The notes under the pieces were generated by a model. It was not told the DNA's origin. It saw only the letters and a list, made by a program, of their open reading frames with translations, and ran no database searches. Positions 1 to 10,334 of a DNA stretch of 60,496 nt are shown here, one piece after another; position 1 is the stretch's first letter, and each line of letters begins with the position of its first letter. The stretch is from Hafnia phage Enc34, in sequence record NC_019524.2. One strand, given 5' to 3'. The position numbers and the translations under genes are program-made.

Positions 1-224
1 GGTGCGCAGAGCCGCGTTCTCGGAAATTGCGCCGAATTCCTCATAGCCCCGCTTTCAAAATCAACGACTTACGCATAAAACGCGATTTCCCCCGTAGGGG
101 AGAACGGTCTGGAGGGGGATCGGTGGGGTGTGGGGTAAATGGGTATTAGCCCCGCATTCGCTTTTAATATCATACACTTATCCATGTGGGTTGGGGCGAT
201 CTCTTTGCCAAGATTACCAGTAGC

Positions 225-520
225 AGCAGACGTTTATTACAAATTACAAACGTATTACAAGTTTTTGGTTTGTAATAAAATCGTAAGTCATTAAATCTAT
301 TAGTCTTTTTTGCCTTTTTATTACATATTACAAATAAAGTAGTAATACTGTGTGAGAAAAATAGAAAACTGTAAGTAGATAGCTATCATCATACCTCACG
401 TTTTTTATACATATATAGAGTAGGCTCCGTTTGTAATAAATATATTTTGCCCGATTTCTGCTTACGGATCATGGTCATAACCCCCGCTTAACCGTTTTTT
501 ATGTTTGTAATAAATGCCAA
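225..520. repeat. AT-rich left-end region with five or more copies of GTTTGTAATAAA / TTTATTACAAA half-sites in both orientations
   Basis: Copies at about 234-256, 268-282, 310-332, 427-441 and 503-517. Confidence 0.5.
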
Positions 521-567
521 AAATGAAAAAAGGCCGCATTAGCGACCTTCGAATTTTTCAGATTTTC

Positions 568-3162
568 TTAAACTTCGTCTTCATCGTCAAATGGATCATG
601 TGGCGTTCCATTCAATTTTTCTACGTCACTATCGTGTTTCTTTAAAGTTTGCTGAACCCATTTTGAGTTTAGTTTCCCCTTCTCATCGAATGCACCTCTA
701 ACGCGTTTTCGGATATAAGTACGACCCGTAATCCCGCCATAGCAGATCACGCCACCGGGTTTAAAACCTAACTCCATAAGGATGTTTTTGAGGCGATTTG
801 TTTTAGGCATTTCTACGTCACCTGCGAGGTCGATAAATGCGTCCCGTAAAGATGGTACGAAGATCACGTCACGATTCACGCCGGGGGCATTTAAGTCCCT
901 CAACATTTGCACGATAAGGCCATCAACCCCGTCATCCGATGCGTCCACCATAATGCTAAATGCTTCGGTGTCTTGCGGCGCATGTCCACGGTGGTTGAAT
1001 GATGGGCTAAACTCCCACTGCGTGAACCATAACTTGATTGCACGGGAGTGGTTTTCGATGGCCCGGTACACGTCTTTAAAGAATTTCTCACGTTCTTTAA
1101 CCGAACCGTACACGCGTTCCATGTCCAGATGGTTCTCTGCTTGAGTGGACACCACCAGATAACGGCGCTGGTTTTCGTCCAATGGCAAGGCGTTAAAGTG
1201 GTTGGTGAACATCATCTTGCTTGATGTGTTAATCACTTCTTTCGCTTTACGACCTTTCGGCTCCACCATGAATTCATCGTTGGAAATAAACTCTTTTTGG
1301 CGTTCGATAGCGCTGTATCGGTCGCCTTTATCGTAGATTTCCTCAATGACTTTCAGGATGTGACCTTCAGCCCAATCAGTGAAGCGACCGTTCATCACGG
1401 TATTTGATACGTAGCCGATGTTTACGCGGCCTAGCATTTTAGACATCAATACGCCAAGCGTTGTTTTACCCGAACCGTGCGCACCACGAATAAGTAATGA
1501 GTAGTTCATGCGTGATGTTGGGTTACAGATAACGTAGGCCATCCAATCCATGACATAGGTACGCTCTTTCGTGTCAGGGAACAGTACGACGAAGAAGTCT
1601 TTGATAATCTCAATGGCTTTTTTGTCCAACTTAGACAAGGTTTCGGCGGGTTCCGGTATCGACTCAGGGTCGAACGTGTTTAACCACATGCGGCCTTGGC
1701 GGTCATAGAAATATTCTGGCCCGAGAAGACCTTCTGCCTGTTTCCACTTAGATCCTGGCATGTCGCCATGCATTTCCGGGTAATACATCGCATCCCACAC
1801 CATCGGAACCTTATTAACCGTTGATGCGTACACAGATGGCTTGAATGACTCATCGTCAAACTTACATTTCTGTGCAAAAGCGGTGTCAAAAGCGCCTTTT
1901 GTGATGAGATCTCCGGTCGGTTTGTGGATAAATGCGTCGTTTGACTTGGAAAAAGCGAAGTCTTTTAACCACTCAGGCATCTCACGGGAGCCATAATCGA
2001 AGCCTAAATACTCCTTTTTCTCGGCAGCAGTCATGCGAAGACTTTCAAAAATACGGTATTTTTCGGCGGCAACCTTCACTACAGCCTTACGTAACGCGCC
2101 AAAAATCTGTGCTTTTCGGAAAGAATCAGCCCAAGAATACCAATCCACCATGTTTTCACACGACATGAACCCTTCTTTGAAGTCTACCGCTGCCGCCGCC
2201 GCTTCTTCGTACTCAATATCTTTGACGACTTTGATGATTGAGGCGATTGTGACCAGTGAACCTGACTTGTGGTCAAAACCTTTTTCCCACTTGAGGTCAA
2301 ATTCAGTTTCGTCGAAGTTGCTGGCCTGTTCCGACCATTCGCGTGCGATGGCATACGCCTCATCTTGGTCACGGCAGGAGATCTGCAGCGCGGCGATCAG
2401 GGTAATCCAGTTTTCGTAGTCTTCCGGGTTCGGGTACTTCATGACAAGCTCACGAAGTTCATCGTAAGTGCCATCCCAGCGAGTTATTGTCGCGGTAGCA
2501 GCCCAATCATCGTCGTCGGCAGCACCAATTTCTGCTGATTCTTGACCATTGAACGGACGCTTAACGCGAGTCCAACCCTGCAGCTCTGCATATCGGTCGA
2601 ATTCGGCGGTGATGAGTCGCGCACTATCTAGGCTTAACTCTTCAAGGTCTAAATCCGCGATATTGTTTTCCGGGCTGTCAACGCCAGTCCAGAAATACTC
2701 TTTTTTCGTTTCCGGGTGGACGCCGTAGGCCACGAATTGCTGACCATCTGCCAGAATTTCCACGGCATGACGTTGCCCAAAATCATCTTCCCAAACGCCA
2801 GATTTAACTTTCGAAAACGGCGTTTCGGCACGGTACAAAAACAGCTTCTTAGGCGCACGCCCGATACGACATGGAGCCAGACCAATGTTTGCCTCAACCC
2901 AATTCGACATGTGCTTCACGGCTTTTTCGTCGTAAACGTCAATATCGACCGCAGGGTTGTGTTTGGTCAGAATACCCATGCCATTATTTGTGTAGCGTTT
3001 GGCCCAACGTTCGATTTGCTCCTTAGTGTTGACTGTAGTTTCCCAATCTTCACCGATAGGTCGTTTACCAGCACCTTTCTTCTCGGCGTCCGGGGCGTAA
3101 ATTGGCACAATTGTGTACCCATTACCCCGAAGGATTTCACCGTAACGTTGCCAGAAATTCAT
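568..3162 (-). CDS. DNA primase-polymerase / D5-like SF3 helicase (864 aa)
   Basis: N-terminal prim-pol-like region and a central Walker A motif (GAHGSGKTT). The size and layout are typical of phage primase-helicases. The C-terminus ends DDEDEV. Confidence 0.75.
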   Translation of the reverse strand: MNFWQRYGEILRGNGYTIVPIYAPDAEKKGAGKRPIGEDWETTVNTKEQIERWAKRYTNNGMGILTKHNPAVDIDVYDEKAVKHMSNWVEANIGLAPCRIGRAPKKLFLYRAETPFSKVKSGVWEDDFGQRHAVEILADGQQFVAYGVHPETKKEYFWTGVDSPENNIADLDLEELSLDSARLITAEFDRYAELQGWTRVKRPFNGQESAEIGAADDDDWAATATITRWDGTYDELRELVMKYPNPEDYENWITLIAALQISCRDQDEAYAIAREWSEQASNFDETEFDLKWEKGFDHKSGSLVTIASIIKVVKDIEYEEAAAAAVDFKEGFMSCENMVDWYSWADSFRKAQIFGALRKAVVKVAAEKYRIFESLRMTAAEKKEYLGFDYGSREMPEWLKDFAFSKSNDAFIHKPTGDLITKGAFDTAFAQKCKFDDESFKPSVYASTVNKVPMVWDAMYYPEMHGDMPGSKWKQAEGLLGPEYFYDRQGRMWLNTFDPESIPEPAETLSKLDKKAIEIIKDFFVVLFPDTKERTYVMDWMAYVICNPTSRMNYSLLIRGAHGSGKTTLGVLMSKMLGRVNIGYVSNTVMNGRFTDWAEGHILKVIEEIYDKGDRYSAIERQKEFISNDEFMVEPKGRKAKEVINTSSKMMFTNHFNALPLDENQRRYLVVSTQAENHLDMERVYGSVKEREKFFKDVYRAIENHSRAIKLWFTQWEFSPSFNHRGHAPQDTEAFSIMVDASDDGVDGLIVQMLRDLNAPGVNRDVIFVPSLRDAFIDLAGDVEMPKTNRLKNILMELGFKPGGVICYGGITGRTYIRKRVRGAFDEKGKLNSKWVQQTLKKHDSDVEKLNGTPHDPFDDEDEV

Positions 3163-3509
3163 TCGCTGACTTCCCCGGTTTGCTCGTTAACTTTCATCCA
3201 TGCCGGATTTGTCAACCAATGAGGCTTGATACCGACGCCCGGTGCCACTTTGCAGATCGCCTCGGCTACCGTGGCGGATACGTTATTCTGAACGTTCCAT
3301 AATAGCGTCGGATATTTGATGCCAGCCGCCTCAGCTAAGTCACTCAGACGCCCTTCCTGACTAACTTCTAAGGCCGCAAGGCTCATAAGGTACTTCACTC
3401 TAAGCTGGTCAGACGATCTGGCCCACATTGGCAATCGCATTGTTATAACTCCCGTACATGTGCGTGTGTAAACTGGCAAAGTGTATGTCGGGTTGATACG
3501 CTTAGTCAA
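3159..3509 (-). CDS. small HTH-like putative regulator (true start may be an internal Met)
   Basis: Start/stop-coupled to the primase gene. It has a helix-turn-helix-like segment (SDLAEAAGIKYPTLLWNV) and is divergent from the 3600 promoter. Confidence 0.35.
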   Translation of the reverse strand: MTKRINPTYTLPVYTRTCTGVITMRLPMWARSSDQLRVKYLMSLAALEVSQEGRLSDLAEAAGIKYPTLLWNVQNNVSATVAEAICKVAPGVGIKPHWLTNPAWMKVNEQTGEVSE

Positions 3510-3599
3510 ATAATAGATTTATTCCCGGATAAGTGGTCAGCTAGTGCCTGACTTAAAAGGATTTACGGTACCCAAATAAAAATATTTCAAAAAAAGTGG

Positions 3600-3634
3600 T
3601 TGACGGGCAGATCGGCATCGCCCATAATCCATCT
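3600..3634 (+). promoter_or_regulatory. sigma70-like promoter (TTGACG-17 nt-CATAAT) for the rightward replication operon
   Basis: TTGACG at 3600-3605, a 17-nt spacer and CATAAT. It lies upstream of the 3681 gene in a divergent intergenic region. Confidence 0.5.
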
Positions 3635-3680
3635 CGTCAACACGACAACCTACTTAAACAACCGAACGGAGCAACAAATT

Positions 3681-4055
3681 ATGTCACAAGGTATCTTAGA
3701 AACTATCGCGGCTAACCAGACTCGCATCATCACTCTGCTGGAAGGTCTGCAACTGAACGCCCCGGCATCTTCTGACGCTGGCGAAACCGCCACTACCAAA
3801 ACCACCGCTAAAAAGAACACCAAGGCTAAAGCGGAAGAAAAGGTGAAGCCGACTCATACCAAAGATGAAGTCGTTGCAGCGGTAGTTGCGGTTAAAGACG
3901 CTTTCGGCGCTCCGGCAGCTAAAGCCATCACCGGACAATTCGGTCTTGCTAAAATCGCAGAAGCGAAAGAAGACCAGTTCGACGCTATCTTCGACGCATG
4001 TCAGGAAAAACTGGCAGAAGCGGATAACGACGCAGGCGAAGAAGAAGAAGTTTAA
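3681..4055 (+). CDS. small acidic protein ending EEEEV
   Basis: ATG preceded by an ACGGAG RBS. Ala/Lys/Glu-rich, with a C-terminal acidic EV tail. Confidence 0.5.
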   Translation: MSQGILETIAANQTRIITLLEGLQLNAPASSDAGETATTKTTAKKNTKAKAEEKVKPTHTKDEVVAAVVAVKDAFGAPAAKAITGQFGLAKIAEAKEDQFDAIFDACQEKLAEADNDAGEEEEV

Positions 4056-4072
4056 TCGCCTAAACGGTATTG

Positions 4073-4099
4073 CGGCTCCCTCCGGGGGGCCGTTTTTCT
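4073..4099 (+). terminator. intrinsic terminator-like hairpin plus T-tract
   Basis: CGGCTCCC tccg GGGGGCCG followed by TTTTT. Confidence 0.45.
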
Positions 4100-4110
4100 C
4101 AGAGGTAGCT

Positions 4111-4434
4111 ATGAAAAAATTTCCTAAATTCAGCGTTATGACGGCGGGCGGAATGATCCCTGTAGTCACTTTTTCTGAATTCAGCCGTAACATCGGCGGT
4201 CTTGAGGTTCTTTTCAGAGTTACTTCGCCACTCAGCCCAAGCGTTGGAGCGTTAGTGTTAACCCACGTCGAAACAACGCGGCTAGTCGGTAAGGTGGAGT
4301 TTCTAGACATCGCGAAGACACGCGATAGCCTATTCGTAAATAATTATGAAAAGGCCGGGAATAGAGTTTTGAACCGAATATTAAGGGACGTTGGAGATGA
4401 TAGATTCGTCAAAGCCGTCAAAAGGTACTCGTAA
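4111..4434 (+). CDS. hypothetical protein (about 107 aa)
   Basis: ATG with an AGAGGTAGCT RBS. It overlaps the start of the downstream nuclease gene. Confidence 0.4.
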   Translation: MKKFPKFSVMTAGGMIPVVTFSEFSRNIGGLEVLFRVTSPLSPSVGALVLTHVETTRLVGKVEFLDIAKTRDSLFVNNYEKAGNRVLNRILRDVGDDRFVKAVKRYS

Positions 4435-5776
4435 AAGAAGTAAATCCCTGCTAACGCGGGTTATGCGAGAATTCGGATTTGGCAATCACTCCATTTTTGC
4501 CCCATCTGGATCGGCAATGTGGTTGGCCTGTTCTGGCAGCTTAATTGCCAATCTGTTCGAAGATGATGAAACGAGTTACGAGGCTGCAGAGGGCACCGTC
4601 GCTCACTCCATCGCAGAGCAGTGGTTAAAAACGGACAAACGACCTAACCATCTGGTCGGTACCACGATTAGCCTAACGGAGAATGGCGTTACGCATGACA
4701 TTTTAGTCACGCGCACAATGCTGGACTACCTGCAGGATTATGTCGACTGGTGCCGATTTGAAGAAGGGGAAATGTTCGTAGAGATAAAGGTTTGGTTCAC
4801 CGATTTGATGCCCCGGGCCAACCCGGACGCGCCAGACGAAGAACCCGAACCGTTCGTAAGGCAAGGCGGTACGGCGGACAACATCATCATTCGTGATCGC
4901 GTCCTGATCATTACCGACTTGAAGTACGGCGCGGGCGTTCAGGTCTTTGCAGAAGGTAATACCCAAGCATTGATTTACGCCTACGGAGCATGGAAAGCGT
5001 TTTGTGATGATTACGAGTTTGACCGGATAATCATACGAATCGCGCAGCCCCGGTTTGAACATTTCGACGTTTGGGAAGTTACCATCGACGAACTGCTAGA
5101 CTTTGCACGATATGTGAAAGAACGAGCAGCCGCAGCATGGCAGATTAAAGCGCCACGCAAAGCGACCTTAAAGGGTTGTCGTTGGTGCCGGGCAGCGCAG
5201 GATTGTTCAGCGATTGCCTATCTCATGGAATGTGCGGTCGGCGGCGATACGTACTTTCTGGATCAGGAATTCGGAGAGGACGAGATGAATGAGTTGCGAA
5301 GGGCGTTAGCGGAAGAGTATAAGATCCGCAGAGCGCAATTCGGAAACCTGACAACGGTTGAGATGGCAAAAATCCTCCCATACCGTAAAGTCATTGAGAA
5401 CTGGTTTGCCCGACTTGATTTCGAGTTGGAAAGCCGGGCACTCAAAGGCGAGAAGGTTCCCGGACAGAAGTTGGTGGAGTCCAGAACCAATAGGCAATTT
5501 AAAGATGCCGCAGAAGCACGCGAACATCTTTTATTCCTTGGCCTAACGGAAGAAGACATCACGATTTCTAAGATGATTTCCCCGGCGCAGGCCGAAGACA
5601 TCATCCGTGAGAAAATGGGAGTAAAGCGAGCCAATATTCCCGACTTAATAGCTAGTCAAGTCTTTAAGCCAGACGGAAAGCCTACCTTGGCCCCGCTGAC
5701 GGATAAGCGTCTACCAATCGACGGCAAATATAACGGTGCCTACGATGACGAAGACGAAGATGACGACGAAGTGTAA
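4397..5776 (+). CDS. PD-(D/E)XK (RecB/Cas4-like) nuclease with a C-terminal Cys cluster
   Basis: D...ITDLKYG motif and a CRWCRAAQDC cysteine cluster. Ends DEDEDDDEV. Confidence 0.6.
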   Translation: MIDSSKPSKGTRKRSKSLLTRVMREFGFGNHSIFAPSGSAMWLACSGSLIANLFEDDETSYEAAEGTVAHSIAEQWLKTDKRPNHLVGTTISLTENGVTHDILVTRTMLDYLQDYVDWCRFEEGEMFVEIKVWFTDLMPRANPDAPDEEPEPFVRQGGTADNIIIRDRVLIITDLKYGAGVQVFAEGNTQALIYAYGAWKAFCDDYEFDRIIIRIAQPRFEHFDVWEVTIDELLDFARYVKERAAAAWQIKAPRKATLKGCRWCRAAQDCSAIAYLMECAVGGDTYFLDQEFGEDEMNELRRALAEEYKIRRAQFGNLTTVEMAKILPYRKVIENWFARLDFELESRALKGEKVPGQKLVESRTNRQFKDAAEAREHLLFLGLTEEDITISKMISPAQAEDIIREKMGVKRANIPDLIASQVFKPDGKPTLAPLTDKRLPIDGKYNGAYDDEDEDDDEV

Positions 5777-5817
5777 ACCGATAATCCGAGCAAAACAGTA
5801 TAACGAGGTAGTTCGAT

Positions 5818-6420
5818 ATGGCAGAGAAATTAGTCCCAGCTAAAAAAGTGAAGAACGGTGTCCTGTATAAATCTGGTCACATTAAGGTTTCAAACGTCCG
5901 TTGTTCATACCCGCATCTGGATAAGCCGTATGGAGGCGAAGACGGTGGTGAACCGAAGTATTCAATCACCCTGTTAATGCCAAAAGATACTCATGGCGCT
6001 ATCAAAAAGATCATTGATGAGCAGATTGAGTTGACTAAGAAGAACCACAAGACAGGAGCACTGAAAGTGGCCCCGTCCATGTTGTTCATCAAAGACGGTG
6101 ATGTCGATTTCCCTGACAAACCAGAATGCGAAGGGATGTGGGTAATTTCTGCGCGTGAAAGCACGCGTCCTGATGTCCTGAACATGGAGCGCGAAGAACT
6201 GGAAAGCCCTAACGAGATCGCGGAAGAGATCTACGGTGGTTGTTGGGTTTCTAGCGTTATTCGTCCATGGTCGCAGGAAAATAAATATGGCAAACGAATC
6301 AACGCCAACTTACTTTCTGTTCTGAAACGCAAAGACGACGAGCCATTCGGTGAAGGTCGTGTCGACACGTCTGATGCGTATGACGAAGATGAAGACGAGT
6401 GGGACGAAGACGAAGTTTAA
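5818..6420 (+). CDS. single-stranded DNA-binding protein, T7 gp2.5-like
   Basis: N-terminal pattern YPHLDKPY...KYSITLLMPKD resembles the gp2.5 OB-fold region. Long acidic C-terminal tail ending DEDEWDEDEV. Confidence 0.6.
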   Translation: MAEKLVPAKKVKNGVLYKSGHIKVSNVRCSYPHLDKPYGGEDGGEPKYSITLLMPKDTHGAIKKIIDEQIELTKKNHKTGALKVAPSMLFIKDGDVDFPDKPECEGMWVISARESTRPDVLNMEREELESPNEIAEEIYGGCWVSSVIRPWSQENKYGKRINANLLSVLKRKDDEPFGEGRVDTSDAYDEDEDEWDEDEV

Positions 6421-6449
6421 CCATTTAGCCCCCGCAGGGCGCAGTAAAC

Positions 6450-6480
6450 AAAGCCAGCCCGCAAAGCTGGCTTTCTTTTT
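6450..6480 (+). terminator. rho-independent terminator
   Basis: AAAGCCAGC ccgcaaa GCTGGCTTT followed by CTTTTT. Confidence 0.6.
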
Positions 6481-6492
6481 AGGGGACATAAC

Positions 6493-8520
6493 GTGATTGA
6501 TTTTATTAACCTCGACTATGAGTCAAAAAGCCGAGTAAACCTAAAGACGCAAGGGCTTGACCGCTACAGCGCCGACCCGTCGACAGGTCTGCTTATGGCG
6601 TCATATGCGATAAACGACGGAAAGGTTAAGCACTGTGAGTTGCAACGCGGTCAGAAGTGGCCCGGCGAGTTGCGTGATGCGCTAGAAGACCCGAAGGTCA
6701 TGAAGTGGGCGTTCAACGCGCAGTTTGAGCGCGTCATGACAGCCCGCGTAGCTAAGATTAAGACTGACTATAATTCGTGGCGATGTACGATGGCCTATGC
6801 ATACATGTTAGGCTTTTCCGGCGATATGATGTTGGTCGGTAAGACTATTGGACTCCCGGCGCACTTGCTTAAAGACTCCGAAGGTAGTCGCCTTATCCAG
6901 AAGTTCTGCAAGCCGCAAAAGGTCACGAAGAACAACCCGATTGAATGGCATACTGACCGAACCGACCCGGAAGACTGGTGGGATTTTTGCGGGTATAACG
7001 TGCAGGATACGGTCACGGAAATGGCGATTAAGCACCGCCTTGAGCGATACAAAGTATTGCAATCCGAGTGGGACATGTATGCGCTAGACCAGTACATCAA
7101 TGATACTGGCGTAAATATCGACATCGACTTTGCGCACGCCGCGCTTGAATTAGCTGAACGTCGAAAGCCGCAGATCATTGAGCAGATGAAAGACCTTACC
7201 GGACTTGGAAACCCTAACTCCCCGGCGCAGTTAACCAAGTGGCTAAAAGAACGTGGCTACCCGTTTGATGATTTGCGTTCGGATACGGTGAAGAAGGTCA
7301 TTCGCGAGTCAGAGGAATTACGCGTTGATAAAGACGTCGTTGAAGTTCTGAAACTCCGCCAGAACAGCGCCAAGTCATCCATTGCTAAATACAAAACCAT
7401 GCTAGATGCAGCAGGGTTAGACGGGCGTTTCCGTTACTCACTGCAGTTCGCCGGGGCAAGCCGTACTAACCGTTGGGCGGGTCGTCGTATCCAGACTCAA
7501 AACCTCCCCCGAACCCCGAAGATGATTGAGAAAGAAGTCGACCTGAAAATCGTCAACAAGATGATCCATAACCGCGACTTGGATGCGTTAGGGTTGTACG
7601 TTGGTGAGCCAATGGACGCATTGGTCGGATGTATCCGATCCGCATTTATCCCGACACCGGGCTATAAGTTTGTCGTATCTGACTTGGCATCCATCGAATC
7701 CGTTGTCATCGGATGGTTGACGGGCTGCAAATGGTTCCTGAATACGCTGGCGATAGGCCACGACTTGTACCGTTCGTTCGCAGCAGAATGGCTACACATC
7801 CCGTATGAAGACACACTTCCGCATCGTTCCAAAGCAAAACCCGCAACACTCGGTGCAGGCTTCCGCTTAGGTGGCGGTGACATCGGTGAAGATGGTAAGA
7901 AAACCGGACTATGGGGCTACGCCGAGAACATGGGCGTACACATGACCCGCGAAGAATCGCACGCATCGGTAACGGCGTTCCGCGAACTGTGTCCTGAAAT
8001 TGTGCAGTCATGGTATGACCTTGAACGCGCTGTATTCAAAGTTATCCGCACTAAAAAGCCCGTTGAGTGGGGATGTTTAGTCATTGAGTACCACAAGCCT
8101 TTCCTGACAATCCGCCTGCCGTCCGGTCGCAAGATCTACTACTTCCGCCCACGCATCGTTACCCGCAAGATGAAGAACCGCGAAGGGGAAGAGTATTTCA
8201 AAGATAATTTCCAGTACGAAGGGAAAGTGGACGGCACGAATAAGTGGGGCAAGATTTTCAGCCACGGCGGTAAGCTGGTGGAAAACATCGTTCAGGCATT
8301 GGCCCGCGATATTCTGGCTGCAGGTCTTAAAGCAGCGCACCGTGCCGGGTTCCGAATCGTCATGCATATCCACGATGAGATCGTTACCGAAGTCAAAGAA
8401 GGTGATACCGGGTTGACGTTGGATAAGCTGATGGAGTGCATGAAAGCCGCCCTACCGTGGGCACCGGGTCTACCACTAGGCGCTGCCGGGTGGGAAGGTT
8501 ACTTTTACCGTAAGGATTAA
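6493..8520 (+). CDS. DNA polymerase, family A (3'-5' exo plus pol domains)
   Basis: Exo I DYES motif, motif A DLASIES and motif C HIHDEIV. Confidence 0.85.
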   Translation: MIDFINLDYESKSRVNLKTQGLDRYSADPSTGLLMASYAINDGKVKHCELQRGQKWPGELRDALEDPKVMKWAFNAQFERVMTARVAKIKTDYNSWRCTMAYAYMLGFSGDMMLVGKTIGLPAHLLKDSEGSRLIQKFCKPQKVTKNNPIEWHTDRTDPEDWWDFCGYNVQDTVTEMAIKHRLERYKVLQSEWDMYALDQYINDTGVNIDIDFAHAALELAERRKPQIIEQMKDLTGLGNPNSPAQLTKWLKERGYPFDDLRSDTVKKVIRESEELRVDKDVVEVLKLRQNSAKSSIAKYKTMLDAAGLDGRFRYSLQFAGASRTNRWAGRRIQTQNLPRTPKMIEKEVDLKIVNKMIHNRDLDALGLYVGEPMDALVGCIRSAFIPTPGYKFVVSDLASIESVVIGWLTGCKWFLNTLAIGHDLYRSFAAEWLHIPYEDTLPHRSKAKPATLGAGFRLGGGDIGEDGKKTGLWGYAENMGVHMTREESHASVTAFRELCPEIVQSWYDLERAVFKVIRTKKPVEWGCLVIEYHKPFLTIRLPSGRKIYYFRPRIVTRKMKNREGEEYFKDNFQYEGKVDGTNKWGKIFSHGGKLVENIVQALARDILAAGLKAAHRAGFRIVMHIHDEIVTEVKEGDTGLTLDKLMECMKAALPWAPGLPLGAAGWEGYFYRKD

Positions 8521-8521
8521 T

Positions 8522-8809
8522 ATGCCAGAAGTCCTAATAAGGGAATCCAAGGTCGAAAAAGAGTCATGTGAGTATGCCATGGCTCTTGGCTGGTGGGTTT
8601 CCAAGTACACCGCGCCCGGCAAAAAAGCCGTTCCTGATAGACTGTTTATCCGGGACGGCATTGTCGTTTTCGTGGAATTCAAAAGACCGACTAAAGTCCC
8701 GACGCTGCAGCAGGTTTTACGACATAAGCAGATGCGGGAAAAGGGCGCTAACGTATTTTGGGTAGACAACTATGAAGACTTTAAAAAGCTCATTAAGTCC
8801 TTTATGTAA
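8522..8809 (+). CDS. VRR-NUC domain nuclease
   Basis: 95 aa with a VRR-NUC-like core (PDRLF...VEFKRP...LQ..Q). Confidence 0.65.
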   Translation: MPEVLIRESKVEKESCEYAMALGWWVSKYTAPGKKAVPDRLFIRDGIVVFVEFKRPTKVPTLQQVLRHKQMREKGANVFWVDNYEDFKKLIKSFM

Positions 8810-10334
8810 GGCAATCGCGGCAAGCCGTCGCAACGTTCAGTTGGAACGCGGTGATATGCATAGCTACCAGAATGAAGGTGTACAGTTCATAAAAGACCAT
8901 CCATTCTGCGCACTTTTCGTCGACCTTGGGCTAGGTAAGTCCGTTATGTCGGCAACTGCAGCACTTGATTTAATCGTGGAAGATGAGATTAAAAAGGTAC
9001 TCATCATTGGCCCGTCCCGCGTAATTCAGGCGGGGTGGCCTAACGAATTTAGTGAATGGGGGCACCTATGCTTCTACCACATGCAGGTTATCGCCGGGAC
9101 AGCGAAAGAACGACTGCGAGCGCTGCAGACGGATTGCCATTTCTACACGGTTAGCCGTGACAACATCGGTTGGCTGGTCGAGCACTACAAGACTAAATGG
9201 CCTTTCGACATGGTGATCATTGATGAGTCCAGTAACTTCAAGTCCCACACGTCACAGCGCTTCAAGTTGCTTCGCCGCGTGCGGAAATACATGACGCGAT
9301 TAGTGGAGTTAACGGCGACCCCGGCAGCAGAAGGTTACATGGGCATCTTCGCGCAGACGTACTTGTTAGACGGCGGCGACAGGTTCGGGCAAGCGATAAC
9401 GAAATACCAAGAGAACTATTTCATACAGAACCGCTATAACTTCAAATTCAAACTCCGTGACGGTGCGGAAAAAGAGATAACTCGCAAGATTTCTGATATA
9501 TGTTTAGTTATGAAAGCCGTTGACTACCTCGACATGGGTGAGCCACATTTTATCCGGGTTCCGGTGCCGATGGATCGGGAGACATCCGACCTATACGCGG
9601 TGATGGAAGAAGAGAGCGTCATGCAAGTCCTGCCGCCTGACTTTGATGAATATCTGGATGACCCGATAGTCATTGAGGCAGAGCAAGCGGCATCGCTGCA
9701 GGCCAAGTTGATGCAGATTGCCAGCGGCTTCGTTTATGACACTAAAATTGTTGGCCTGACTGCCGATGATAAGGTGATTAAGCAGAAAGACTGCTACCGA
9801 CTGCATGAACTGAAACTGGACGCGCTTGACGAGTTGATGAATAACGAGTTAGCCGATAAGAACGTTCTGATCGCCTATCACTTCCAGTCAACACTTGAGC
9901 GCTTCCAATCCCGGTTCCCGAAAGCGGTATTGATGGACAAAGAAGGTAAGTGCATCAAGAAGTGGAATGACGGAAAGATTAAGATGTTGGCAGCTCACCC
10001 GCAGTCAGCAGGGTATGGCCTGAACCTTCAAAGGGGTGGTCATGTGATTGTCTACCTAGACCATCCGTGGTCATTGGAACAGTTCTTACAGTTCAACGGT
10101 CGCATTCACCGCCAAGGCCAGAAAGAACCTGTACGAATTTACCAACTGTGCGCCACGCTGACGACGCCAAACGGTTCACAGGCGGAAACGGTCGACGATA
10201 CGGTCATAAAGGCGCTACGGGACAAAGAGGACGTACAGGATGCGTTCTTTGAACTGTTAGAAAGACTACGCGGCAAGTATGCCAAGAAACGTAAAACTAA
10301 AAAATCGGTGATATGGGATGACGAAGAAGATTGA
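8772..10334 (+). CDS. SNF2/DEAD-like helicase
   Basis: DLGLGKS Walker A, DESS motif II, QxxGR motif VI. Confidence 0.8.
   Translation: MKTLKSSLSPLCKAIAASRRNVQLERGDMHSYQNEGVQFIKDHPFCALFVDLGLGKSVMSATAALDLIVEDEIKKVLIIGPSRVIQAGWPNEFSEWGHLCFYHMQVIAGTAKERLRALQTDCHFYTVSRDNIGWLVEHYKTKWPFDMVIIDESSNFKSHTSQRFKLLRRVRKYMTRLVELTATPAAEGYMGIFAQTYLLDGGDRFGQAITKYQENYFIQNRYNFKFKLRDGAEKEITRKISDICLVMKAVDYLDMGEPHFIRVPVPMDRETSDLYAVMEEESVMQVLPPDFDEYLDDPIVIEAEQAASLQAKLMQIASGFVYDTKIVGLTADDKVIKQKDCYRLHELKLDALDELMNNELADKNVLIAYHFQSTLERFQSRFPKAVLMDKEGKCIKKWNDGKIKMLAAHPQSAGYGLNLQRGGHVIVYLDHPWSLEQFLQFNGRIHRQGQKEPVRIYQLCATLTTPNGSQAETVDDTVIKALRDKEDVQDAFFELLERLRGKYAKKRKTKKSVIWDDEED

Noticed and set aside
1-567. tRNA genes in the terminal non-coding DNA
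   Set aside because: No cloverleaf-compatible segment with a GTTCGAATCC-like T-arm was seen.
782-3222. Numerous antisense or overlapping ORFs inside the primase-helicase gene (for example 782..1144, 2033..2419, 2716..3222)
   Set aside because: They are fully embedded in a long, well-supported gene on the opposite strand and have no RBS or homology signals. The same applies to antisense ORFs inside the pol, portal, tape measure and fiber genes.
3886-4434. 182-aa ORF overlapping the end of the 3681 gene
   Set aside because: Its upstream part overlaps the acidic protein gene and a terminator. Only the downstream part, from the ATG at 4111 with its RBS, is retained as a gene.
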